A stretch of 63,191 nt of DNA, the filler included, from Octopus bimaculoides (lineage: Eukaryota), in assembly GCF_001194135.2 (NCBI RefSeq). It is 4 parts of 4 records of this genome, joined end to end, with 100 filler letters (N's around TTAATTAATTAA, not from the genome) between each part and the next. Parts side by side here need not be neighbours in the genome. Positions count along the whole stretch, not along the records: positions 1 to 27,236 come from NC_069000.1; 3 more parts are not named here. One strand, given 5' to 3'. The notes below the pieces were generated by a model. It saw nothing but the letters and a program-made list of their open reading frames with translations. It made no database searches and was not told the origin of the DNA. A program made the position numbers and the translations under genes. Of this stretch, positions 11,872 through 24,300 are shown piece after piece. Each line of letters starts with the position of its first letter. Position 1 is the stretch's first letter.

Positions 11872-12916
11872 AGGGAAATCAGAATAGGGGAATCATGGGG
11901 AATCAGACATAAACAACGTAATTTATCTGTAGAAATTTTAAGATTTTTACTACTTTTCAGTAGAATTTTAAGAAAACATTCTGATTTTGAAGAAAAACCA
12001 ATTTCTTTGTACGTTTGTAAATTATGCCTTGCAGCTGAAGGCAATTAAATTCTATGGATCCAGTACCATAAAATCTTGACTTGATGGTAATAATTGGATG
12101 TCATTTTGGAATTCTATTTGTCAAAAAGATCTCAAGTTCAGGTCCAAATTTTTGACAACAGAAAAAATTGTTAGCTTGTGTTATGTCTTTGATTTGGTTC
12201 CGTAGTTAAGGTTGTTTAAAGTGTGAAACTCAAATATGTTTCATCTTCTTAAAAAGTTTCGATGGTGTCTTAGAATCCCTTCCATTGTTTTAAGCGTAAC
12301 GCTGAAACAGGAGGATGCAACAAGCAAAATAACAAAGGCAACAATGGTTTCTAACATAAGCACACAATCGTATATATTTGGGGCAGGATATAATCGATTA
12401 TATCGATACCAGTAACTGTTGGTACTTTGTTATATATTTTTTGTAAGTATGAAAAGCAAAATCATCCTCGGTGGGATTTGAACACAGGATGTAATTCAAT
12501 ATGTGAAGAAAAAGTATCTGAAGAAGAAACTGAAATAATGATGGAAAATAAGGAAAACATGACGATGATGATGATGATAATAATAATGATTATGGTAAGA
12601 AGAAATAAAACAATATATGCATACTATGAGGAGAGATCCGTTAGGGAGGGTGAAATATCTTTCTTAAGGACAAAGTGTAGCGACGACGGTGATGGACTAA
12701 CAGAAGGCCAGAACTCTGAAGGCTTGGACAGTGACGACACTTAGTAAGGACTCATCGGGCAACCTCATGGTCTGTTCCAGAACAGTGATCGAGAGTAGTC
12801 AACAGCATTGAACCCCATGATCTGCAATAAATATTAGAGAGCTTAATGAGATCCATCCATCCACCCATTCTTGTGCGCGCGCGTATGTATGTATATGTGA
12901 ATGTGTGTATATGTGA

Positions 12917-12949
<33 letters not shown>

Positions 12950-13199
12950 GTATATGTGTATATGTATGTCTTCCTGTCATAAAAATGCGATTAATAACAA
13001 TGATATTAATAATACTAAATGGAATAAATTTAAAGATAAGTAGAAAGTAAATACAAATACAAGTTGAAAAAATGTAACTAAACAAAATACTGCAAAACAC
13101 TGTACCAAAAGATAAGCAAACAAAAGAAAATCAGAACTCCATGACCCCTATAATAGGCAAAAAAAAAAAAAAGAACAAAACCGAGACGATACCTAATTT

Positions 13200-13570
13200 T
13201 ATCTGACTTTTATCGATTGCGGAAGCAATTTGGTAGGGAGGGGATCTAGTCGATTAGGTCTGTCTTAGTACTTGATTGATTCTAACTTTATCGACTCCCA
13301 TACGAATTAAAGGTAAAGTTGACCTGTTTGGGACTAGAACTCAGAACGAAAATAATGTAAGGAATTATTTTTCCTCAGTCTAATAACTACGCCAATCTGA
13401 TGGCCTTAGAGGGAAACTGATAACAATTGTTTCTAATTTATACACAAAGCCAGCAATTTTGAGTGGGAGAGGATTAAAGGCAACGTTAACTTTAGCGGGA
13501 TTTGAACTCAGAACATAAGAGCCAGAACGAATACGACAAATCAATTTTCCAACGCTCTGATGATTCTACC
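13200..13570 (-). mobile_element. Two diverged SINE family B remnants
   Basis: GGTAAAGTTGACC...GAACTCAGAAC motifs. Confidence 0.55.
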
Positions 13571-14179
13571 AAATGACATTAACAGGTGCATGTCAACAAG
13601 AGACACACTACGTTGTTACTTGTAAACTCTACTATGTTAGGAATAGCAACTAAATCGTTCCCTTCCATATGAAAGACTCACTGGTAATATAATCTTAGAT
13701 ACACTATATCTGAAAACATGATAAAGACAGGATGGTCTCAGAATGCATTTGATGAAGGTCAGCCAAGTCATTGCTAGATAACAAAAACAAGAACAAGAAC
13801 GACACCAAAATTACATTACATAGCCATAAGTTGAGTTCTTACTTCATCTAGAATACATACTACATATCTAAAATGATATCCACCAGGTGATATATAAATG
13901 TTAAAATATACATGTTAAGATAGTAACAAAAGAAAAAAAAATGAAATCAACATATACAGAGGTAAATATTTTCTTCAAACAAATTCAAATCGCATACAAA
14001 AGAAAGTAACAACAATAACAACATATAGATAAACAAAATAATTACAACAATTGAAAGTGAAAAAGAAAAAAGAACCCAAGCTAATGATGAAGAAAACGAC
14101 GATATTTCGTAATGGAGGTTGCTACTTCGTTTGTCGTTTGTATTATGTTCTATACTTTGGATTTCGCTGCTGCGTAACC

Positions 14180-14375
14180 GGGCGGTTCAACAGACGATGA
14201 GGCCAACGGCAGCATAACAACAATAGTAGCAACAGTGTCATGGGGACAACAAGGATAAAACAAAGCAACAAGAATAACCGCAGCAGCAATACCAGCAGCA
14301 ACAACAGTAGTAGTTGTAGCAGCAGAAGCAGTAGCAACAGCAGAAGCAACCCTAGCAACCCTAGCAATAACAGCA
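14180..14375. repeat. Degenerate CAG/CAA/TAG trinucleotide tract
   Basis: Direct reading; the poly-Leu ORF on the minus strand is an artefact. Confidence 0.8.
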
Positions 14376-16254
14376 ATATTGTTTTCTTTATTAACAACTA
14401 AGAGTAGTAGTCAAAGTGATAAGAGAATAGCAACAGCAGTGATAGCAACAGAAATATCAAAACGAAATATAATAATATTGAAAAAGAAGAACAACAGCGA
14501 AATAATAAAATTATCAACGTCAGCAAAAGGACTGACTGCATCATATACAGCTAAGGGTAATAAAAGTTAGTATGAGAAAATAGCGACTTCGAATAGTACT
14601 TGTTGATCTAAGGTTGCAATGAGTAGATATAAGGTTGCAACGAGTAAGGCTCTTCTCCAGCACTGAGAGAGTATTTACACATAGACACCAAAGTGGTTAA
14701 AAACTAACAACACAAACGCGTAGGTAATATGGAGCCGAATATTTACAGTTCAAAATTACTAGAAGATGGTTAGAGTTAGTCTACGTGACCAGAAATGACT
14801 CTTTAGTCCAGCAATTTTTTCCAAACACACACACACATACACACAAACATAATGTTTGTTTTTATGTATTTCTTTATAGAAAATATGATGGCGGATGTGC
14901 CTACGAAGTATGTGTGATATAAAATTGATTTGCCGTTCAATGTATTCTATGTTGCCCTGATTAACGTTACTTTGACTGTGCTTGAATAAATTACCAATAC
15001 CAACATCTAGCGACAGTTGCCAGTGACTAGACGTATTAATTATTATTACATTTTGTGGGTAGTGTTGTTATTTAGTCCGTGTAATTTAGATTATTAATAT
15101 ATTTTTGTTAATAATAGACGATAGGGCATTAGCGAAGTTCATCAGTGTAGCCCAGCCAACTTTTAGTAAAGTTGTATAGAAAAGTATAATAGATTATTTG
15201 TACTAACATTGTAACATTAAAACTGCTAAATGCTGCTGAATTATTTTACAAATTTGGTACTCTGTGAATGAGGCTTTATCATTTAGTAAAGTGATGGTGA
15301 AAGCTCTAAGAACGCATGATGGGTTGTTACGATTGAGTTTTATACATAATATTAACTTGATAGGTTGGAATTTGTCAGTAAGTTTACATGTTAGGCAAAG
15401 TTAATTACTGGACAGGTTTTAAAGGAAAAACCAGCCGGCTGGAGTTTCAGGGATAGAGCACAAGCAAGACGGTTGGATAACACTCATTAGTTCGGTTGGT
15501 CTCCCTTCAGAAGACCAAATCAATTGGAAATGGTAACTTCTGGCAGGATCCGATGGAAGAAGTGCTTGAAGACTCTCCTCCTACGACCCTCTCTAGAATG
15601 AGTGGGCGAAGAAGATGAGATAATATGACGTTACATGTTACTCTAAATAATCATCTATTTTAGAATTGCTACATACTCTAATTTCTGGGTTCAATTTCCT
15701 GAATAGCTTGCTTACATTCTTTTTGTTTGTTGTTACGTATGGGGATTGATATGGCGTCATCTCTATAAATCCCGCCGTTAATAGACGGATTTATTTTGAA
15801 TTACATTTAGTATATATAAGCCTACTGCATTTGCAATTTCTAGCTTCCACAAAATGTTTTTTTTCTCAATATGCTATTATTGAAGACAGAAATAATGTTT
15901 CTTTACGCACATTCTTATTTGTATAATATTATATTGGCATTTCACCAAGCGGAATCCTGAAATGACAAGACGTATTCTTTAAATAACATAATAGCATTAG
16001 AATGGCTTACCCTTTAAATATTATTCTGTTAGGTTAATTTGACTAAATACATAGAGAGATATATACACAAAATGAACTTTTCCCGGAGATTCTTCCCCCA
16101 TAAAACCACATCATCATATCTAATAAATTTATATATTAACCACCATAAAACCATTTAAGCAAATGCCTTCCAACATATCAAATAATAATAATCAGCGTTT
16201 ATAGTTACTGAATTTCTAAAGGGTCATTTTAATTACAATTTATACCACTCACTC

Positions 16255-16329
16255 ATCACTCGCTCACTCACTCACTCACTCACTCACTTTATCTGTTTGT
16301 CTGTTTGTCTGTGTGTCTGTGTGTGTGTG

Positions 16330-16420
<91 letters not shown>
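16255..16420. repeat. Compound (CTCA)n/(TG)n/(TCTA)n/(TCTG)n microsatellite
   Basis: Direct reading. Confidence 0.95.
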
Positions 16421-16423
<3 letters not shown>

Positions 16424-16616
16424 ATATGTATGAATACAAATATTCTATAATTATAAACTTAATTATAATTAGGAGTCAGCTAATTGCTTCACCACATACC
16501 AAATTTAGAAATAGGAGTTAAAAATTCCTTTTCTACTACCGTAAGAATCTCCCAGACAGTAACACACTTTTTACGTAGGTAAAAAGAAAAATAATGAATC
16601 CACACGACTCCGATTA

Positions 16617-16678
16617 GCCACATACGCGTTTCGAGATTAAAGTAAATTTACTTACTTATTTCTCATCATCAGCGTAGC
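16617..16678 (-). ncRNA. Minimal type I hammerhead ribozyme motif, family 2 (Penelope-like GAAACGCGUA type)
   Basis: Minus strand reads GCUACG-CUGAUGA-U-GAGA(AAUAAGUAAGUAAAUUUACUUUAA)UCUC-GAAAC-GC-GU-A-UGUGGC: 6-bp stem I including G-U pairs, stem II GAGA/UCUC, palindromic ACGCGU stem III and a GUA cleavage triplet. Confidence 0.82.
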
Positions 16679-17131
16679 ATTTCAAATATAAAATTTGAAA
16701 GTGCTAGGGTTAAATATGCACACGATCAAGCGTCATCGCGCAACAGATATCCAACCAACACTTCCAAAATTTACACAGCCTAATGGGAATACATATTTAT
16801 CCCTTGTACCCACGCGTATGTTACGAGCAATCCCGCAGAAATTGCAGTTTTCGATCAGGGAGTAAGTTATAATTTCAATATTAATGATTAAAGGGTAAAA
16901 TTAATTAATTAATTAATTAAATAACCTTTTTAGGTAAAATTATACAAATATATATGTATACATACGTATGTATATACTCTCGATACAAGGGCAAACAATT
17001 CACGAGAAAAAACAATTCTCGAAAAATTAATTTGCTAAGATTTTGTTATTATCTGGAACGACTATTTAAAAAAATGATAATAACAGAATCAATAATACAG
17101 GCGATTGCAGGCCCAAGAAAAGCATTAAATC

Positions 17132-17627
17132 GCCGAAGGATTAAAATTAAAATTAATCAAAGGGCATACTAAGTTTGTCTAACAGCTGGAAATAACAGTC
17201 AAAACTCTTATTTAAATTGCCAAAAATACACTGATGATAACTACAGAAATCAACCGAAAGCAGATCAGGTTAATAAAATCTCTTAACGTACATTTAAGTA
17301 TATGGACTCACGTGGTGGCTGTAGTTGATTTCAGCGCAAAATGAATCAGTTGCAGCGCAGACTTCAATACGATAGGTTGGGTCTCTATCATGGTAATGCG
17401 TGCTGAAGAAGTTAAGGCAATTTTTTGCCAGTGCAGAAACCGGTTCACGTGAGTCCATATACTTAAATGTACGTTAGGAGATTTTATTAACCTGATTTGC
17501 TTTCGGTTGATTTCTGTAGTTATTATCAGTGCATTTTAGAGATTTAAATAAGAGTTTCGACTGTTATTTCCAGCGGGTTGACATACTAAGTATGCCCTTT
17601 GATTAATTTAAATTTTAATCCTTCAGC
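17132..17627. repeat. Fold-back/MITE-like inverted repeat with ~180-bp arms (17132-17314 and 17446-17627)
   Basis: The arms are reverse complements with roughly 90% identity by eye; spacer is ~130 bp. Confidence 0.85.
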
Positions 17628-17970
17628 ACACACACACACAATCGAAAGAGGAACTAAAGCTAAGAGTAGAACTAAGAAAGACAAATGGTTCACTGCCGCT
17701 ATCGCTTTCCCCTTGAATATCTGAACTGATGTAGGTCAAAAAATCCTAGCTCTGATAAATAAATTTCTCTGATACCCATTGTCATAATAAAATCTTCATT
17801 AGATGTTCTGTAATAACGACCTACAGCTGCGCCCCTAATATGAAAAACATCATTTCACATAAAACGATCAAGATCCTACTCAAGACAGTAACCACAGAAA
17901 CCAAAATACTTGTCCACTAAACCCAGGCATGCAGGATTAGTTCAGTCATCTATGAAGCCGTCTCCATTCC

Positions 17971-18322
17971 GCCACCTCTAGTCGAACAAATCGATCCCAG
18001 GACCTATTCTTTGTAAGCCTAATACTTATTCTATTGGTCTCTTTTGCCGAACCGCTAAGTTACGGGGACGTAAACACACCAGCATCGGTTGTCAAGTGAC
18101 GTTGGGGGGGGGATAAANNNNNNNNNNACACACACACACACACACACACACATATATGCGACAGGCGTCTTTCAGTTTCCGTGTACCAAATCCACTCACA
18201 AGGATTTGGTCGGCCCGAGGCTATGGTAGAAGTCACTTGCCCAAGGTGCCACGCAGTGGGACTGAACCCGGAACCATGTGGTTGGTAAGCAAGCTACTTA
18301 TGACACAGCCACTCCTGCGCCT
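17971..18322 (-). mobile_element. SINE family A
   Basis: Near-identical to 55112-55503. Confidence 0.88.
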
Positions 18323-18330
18323 ATATATAC

Positions 18331-18368
<38 letters not shown>

Positions 18369-18419
18369 ATTTGTGTGTGTGTGTGTGTGTATTTGTGTGT
18401 GTGTGTGTGTGTGTGTGTT

Positions 18420-18630
18420 AACCCCCCTCCCCCCGCCATCGCTTGACGACCGACGCTGGTGTGTCTATGTCTCCGTAACTTAACAGTTCAGCCAAGGGAT
18501 CGATAGAATAAGCATTAGGCTTGCAAAGAATAAGTGCTGGGGTAGATCTCTTCGACTAAAACCCATTTAAAGCGGTGCTCCAGCATGGCCACAGTCTAAT
18601 GACTGAAGTAAGTAAAAGAGTAAAAGTAAA
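18420..18630 (+). mobile_element. SINE family A, 3' half
   Basis: CATCGCTTGAC...GGTGCTCCAGCATGGCCAC...GTAAAAGAGTAAAAG. Confidence 0.8.
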
Positions 18631-19087
18631 GAATCTCTATTTCACTCGTGTACTGCACTAACGTAAATTCGAGGGCTGCAATTTTTAAAAAAATGTATAA
18701 ATATCGACAGGCTTCTGCTATCAAAACTAGAAGATGCTCCTCTCCCCGCCAAATTAGATACAGTTTAACTCATTTTAGCCTTTCCTCCATTCGACTGAAC
18801 CCACTAGGCATGCTTTGTTTTTTCAGATACAAACATTCAGCATCAACAATATTCCTATTTTTTACGGGTTAAAGGGATATAACCTAGATTTCATGAGGGC
18901 AATTATCCCCGTCTCCTTTAAAACATTTCTTAATGTTTTTTCTAGTAATTTTTAACGGAATACCTGTTACTTGAGCTTGAGTAATTGCTAGATCGTGCCC
19001 TATACATTGCACAACCTCGTCTGATTAGTGTACTATACAAGCATGAAACTTGAAGTGGCTCACATTTACCTCCAGTATTCATTAAAT

Positions 19088-19120
<33 letters not shown>

Positions 19121-19149
19121 ATAATAGTGAAGTTATAAAGATTTTTCTC

Positions 19150-20480
19150 CACATTACCTCGCATGTTATGTAATGTCAACACTTAGGACCAGATCTCCGG
19201 CACAAGGATTTCAGTAACCTTCCGCACATCACCCTCTACGTTTCAATGCCAAAAGATTGATATAAGCCTCTTGGGCATTTCTACCTTCACCCTCTTTTCA
19301 ACTATCCTAGGCTCTCTCTCTAGCCTAGATTTCACACACCACCCCTTACACATACATTTTAGTTCTCTATATATGTCAAATTTCTCAGGCCTCCTTTACA
19401 ATCCATTTCTGCTGTCCAGAATGCATTCTCTGTTCACATTTCACTCCAAAAGGTGGTATCTGCGCGTACAAAGACTCAACCCCTCCTATTCATCATCTCC
19501 CTTGCTTAGATTTCAGCAATAATGTCATCCAGCTTCTCTCCTTTATTCCCCCAAATACTGCGCCCTTAGTCGCTCTCCGAGCACCTCAAACTACCTGCAA
19601 CACTTTGACCATATCTTCTGCATTAAGAATATTAATCTCACATCACAAAGTCATCATCCTCAATGAATTAACGTTCAGACACATTATATCTCTTACGCTC
19701 ACTCCACACCTGGTGCAGAAGCTGAATCTATCCTTTGACCTTTTAAACTTTCAAACTTTTTATACCAACATGTTTCATCTACTCACTTTCCAGACCGACA
19801 CACAGACACACCAAACACCCTCAACCTCTTCTTCAACCACAAATCCAATCTCTGCGAAACCATATCTATCTCTGCATCTATAGGGTCATCCGGCTCTCGC
19901 TTCATTGCAAACGTCCAATACACAATCACTTGCAAGACAGCAACAACTCTCCAGACTCTATGGAACTTCAAGTCAGATGACTGGTCAGAGCTCCTCCAGT
20001 CTTAAGTCACTTATTTCAGGTAACATCCGTGGTTCACTCCGGACTCATAAGATATAGATAAACGAGTGGTGAAACCATTATTTTAGGCATGCTTTTTCAT
20101 ACATTCCACACATCAAAACCTCAATGTGTTAAGTTTCCCAAGTAGTTTAATTGTAGTTGGAATGTAGCTGTCTGGATAAAATACAAGACTTACAACACTT
20201 GCAGAATCTCCCCCACTCTCCTAAACGGAGAGCTACTCATCCTGTAGTGTATCTCTTGTAGATCTTTTTGCATCACACGGCTGGCCAGTTTTCTTGCTTC
20301 CCGAACTTCTGCCGACTCTTTTGCTTCCTTGACAAAAGAATCTTCATCAACTTTCTGGAGTTCCTTTTTCCTCCTCTGCAAACAAAAGCTTCTTGAAGAA
20401 AGACTCAGCCTTTACTGCTAGCTTTGCATCCAACTCCATGCCACATCTTTAGCCAATCTCTTCATCTTCTCTATTCCATT
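19150..20480 (-). mobile_element. Decayed RTE-clade LINE fragment
   Basis: Minus-strand remnants resemble the RTE pre-RT linker (20190-20381), the RT palm region (19783-19971), a 'DSFCYLG'-like segment and the C-terminus. It is heavily mutated. Confidence 0.55.
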
Positions 20481-22962
20481 ACATGAAGCTCCCCATCCAA
20501 AAATGCAGAAATACCTCCGATTGCTTGAAACAAACAAGGCCACAATCCCTGACAATGTCATGCATGGACCGTATTCAGAGAAGAAACATTCGAGTAATTG
20601 ATATTTAAACACTAACGGACACGCTTTTGCCTCTGGCCCACAGGCATGCTGTCTCTTTCTCTTTTTTCCTCTTTCTCTCTGTCTTTTTTATCGCTACTAT
20701 AATAACGTCTGTTCCGCGAAGCTGGCGAGTCTCGTACTTCTGAGCCACTTGTTCCTCTATTACTCGTCACCCTTGGTGCGTCCAACCCCATCAGCCCCGC
20801 ACTAACCATTATCCCCAGGTCTTTCTCACCAGAACATCAGCCCTCTGGAATCTTCTCCCTGTTCATGTATTTCCGGTAGGCGCTGACCTGTCAACAGTTT
20901 AACGGAATATTAATAGCATCAAGTTCACTGGTCTTGGAGAGGCTTCAAAGTTCATGGACACTGCCCCTTACACTAGACTCGACAAGTAAAAAAATAGTAT
21001 TGCTATTATTATTGTTATAGTTGCTGAGATGATGGTAGTTATTGTAATATAATAATTGTGTGGTGGTACTATTACTATTATCAGTGATACTGCTTTGTTG
21101 TATTTGTTGGTGGTGGTTAAAGAAACGATGGTTGGGTAGTAGTATTGCTATTATCGTCGATATTGTTGTTGTTGGTGGTAGGTAACGATGAATGGTACTA
21201 ACACCGATATTATCTTTCATGTTGTTGCTGTTGTTGGTATTAATGGCAAGTGAGCAGATATTAATGAAGAGAAAGAGGTGGTATGGCGTTCGTGGTAGTG
21301 GTGGTGGTGGTGACAGTGATAGGTTAGTGATGGTGGTTGGTAGTGTTGTGATGTTAATAGAGGTGGACGCATCGAAATGAGAAAAGGAAATAAAGGCCGA
21401 TGATATTCTTGACGTGCGGTGGGGTGAGGTAGTCGATTATACCACTTAAAGTGACAATCAATGTAATGATTACAGCAACCACTGTTGATCCAGCTTTCAT
21501 TGATGGCACCAAGAAGGAGATAATTACGGTGGTTACTGGTCAGTGGAGAGATACAAGGCAGACTAGGTGTGACAGAGAAAATCAGGATCCCATGTATCAA
21601 TAAAAGAATTGATTGATAACAAATGTAGGACTCTTAGCGGTACTCTGTGCCTCCGTAATCCTTCCGGGGCCTAGATCTATGCCAAGAAAGTTCCTCTCTA
21701 AAGAGTAAACCTAGGAAAAATGTTATTTTTATGGAAATTCAGTAATCATCAGTGCATGTAAGTCTCCTCTCACCGCGTCATCGACTTCATTCAAGAGAAG
21801 TAGTGACTGAGACACATAGACGTCACTGTCGTCGCAGAAGTCGCCCTCAAAATGTAGAGGTGAAAAATTCCCTTTCCAAAACTTTAACAATCCATTCAGT
21901 TTTATGCTTGGAGTCTTATGCTTTATTAATCGAAGCTCGAAAAGATGGAAGGCGAAGATAACTTCAGCGTGATCAAGAAATTCTTTGCAAGGTGCAGATA
22001 TGGTAAAATTTCTTATAGAAGACAAGCACAAAGCACATATACACATGTTTTCGTTCTTCAGGTCACCGATGTCCAAAGGTGATCGTAATTCTAGGTACGT
22101 GTTGTGTACGTACCTCGTTTGAGACTCAACCTGCCGGGGTTTGTAATTCATCTGTTTTCAAACAAATAACAGGATATAGTTTGATGGCAGTCAGTTGAGT
22201 AATGCGTTAGAGTATCAGACGAAATACCTTGTGATATTTATTCCTTTCAAACTTCAAACCTTGATTGTAATTTTTCGGGGTCGATAAATATAACAACACT
22301 CTAGGTGGACTGGCCGATTCGTTAGAGTACCGAGTGAATGTTCATTGTATTTGAGTTCGAATTCCATCAAGTTTTCCTCTACTTTCCATTCTGTCTTAAT
22401 TTCTCTCCATTTCCCTCTTTCTTACTCTTGTTCTGTCTATTTCTGTATCTTTTCTACCCTTCTCTCTTTCCTCTCTCTTTCTTTCTCGCTTTCGTTAATT
22501 CAATTTCTCATCATCTCTCATTTTTTCCTTCAACCCCTTCACGTTCTCTAACGAATGGTTCTAGCCAAAACTTTAGGCTTCCCTTCGTTTTCGTGGAAAA
22601 ATAATTTACTCCGCATTGTGAACGTTTTGTATTTAGTATTTGTCAACACTAGACCGTCGCTAGTTTACTCGGATTCTCCTGCTTTGCACGAGAATTAGCA
22701 GAGTCAATTGACAAGTATCCTGGGAAGAAAATTTAATAGATGCAAACTGTGAGGCGTGAGTATGCACACACACACACGCTCGCGCGCGTGCATTCTCGCT
22801 TGAAACCCCATCTGCACCTCTGAAGCAAACATTGCTTTCGTCTTGATTTCCATATTTATTCAGCTATTCTGTTTAATAGTCAAATATGTCTCGTATTTTG
22901 ATGATTGTTACGGCGACACACAATAATTCTTCAAACTGTAGTACTTTATACACAAACACGCG

Positions 22963-23003
<41 letters not shown>

Positions 23004-23039
23004 TAGTGTATGCATGTTCTGTTTTTAAAAATTTAAATT

Positions 23040-24300
23040 CTTCGTCTGAAGAAGGTGCTGGTCTCTAACAAAGATACAAAGCTTCATCATTGATATGCAG
23101 ATAACAAAAACAATGTCATATTTTAAACTTGAGAAAAGTCTTGTACATATTTTTACTCTTCCACTTACAGATTGTATTTGTAATATGCGAATCAGATGGC
23201 TGATTTCTTTTTCTGAAAATCTAAGCTCATCCAGACTAACAGTTAGGCATTTACTTACTTGGCTACAAGATTCGTCTTTGCTATAGCAAACCAATTTGGT
23301 ATGTAAATCTGACCTTCCATAGTGCTTTTGAATATACATATAAGTGGTCTCCTGTAAAATGTCGGTCTCTTGCATCAGTATCCAACTATTAAGTCCCTTC
23401 CGGATGCATTTCCAATATGTAGTTTGCCTACAGCTATGGTGAAAGATTTCAGGTCTATTACATATGTTTTACTGTGATGTTGGTACTGTATTCGCTCATT
23501 GCATTTAGCCACAATGCGTTAAGGTTGAAATAGCTCTTTTCATTCCAGATTTCCATCCAAAATAATTCAATATCTTCTTGAGAGGGGGCTTTCTTAATGG
23601 TAGTATTTTCCTTTCTCATCTCTCTGTATAATGTCTATGGGTTCGAAGTAAATTTGCGGTTTATACAGGAGTGTTCAAAAATTCGCCTGCGGTAGCGAAG
23701 ATTTTTCGTTCAGCAGCTTGAGTTCGTGTTTTAGAGTAATTAACGTCCCCTCATGATGAAGCGTAAACTCATTATTCCTCTTACATTTTATTATCGTGGT
23801 TACTCATCCAATATAGCGACGCAGATTGTTGATGATTTTTGTAGGTCTTGTTTTCAGGTTGCTTCCGTTCAGTACCTTAATTACCATGTATACTGTAGAT
23901 TTCTCCTAGATATTCTTTAATAAGAGTGATAGCAGCTGTTTATATGAGAGTATTAATATTCCAGTAATTAACATCACGATTCCATGTGCTCTTCAATGAC
24001 ATCGTCAACAACTTTCAATATTAGTGCTGTTGGATTTTTTCATAATCTTGTGAAGAATGGCCTGTCGTTTAACGATAATTTCCAAAAGGAAGAAAAGTGC
24101 TCTACCAACTGTAGTTTCAGGATGTTTCTAAGTTGAATACATTCCACTATGTTCTCAGTTGACTCAGCTATATTGGGATAGATACGAGAATTTAATGATG
24201 GCGTTTGTTTACACTATTTTTGATTTCTCTTCTGGCCGGTTTTGGTCAGTTCTCAGTGTTTTGAGGAGATCGCTTTACATCACAAGAGCAAGCAATTGTT
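23040..24300 (-). mobile_element. Highly decayed CR1/L2-group LINE RT remnant
   Basis: Degenerate motifs resembling 'LQ.DL..L..W...W...FN..KC' (~23490-23580) and 'RR.R.DL' (~23300-23340). Confidence 0.4.

Noticed and set aside
17230-17270. CTGATGA...CGAAAGC inside the fold-back arm
   Set aside because: No stem II or stem I can form, and the other arm reads CTGATAA.
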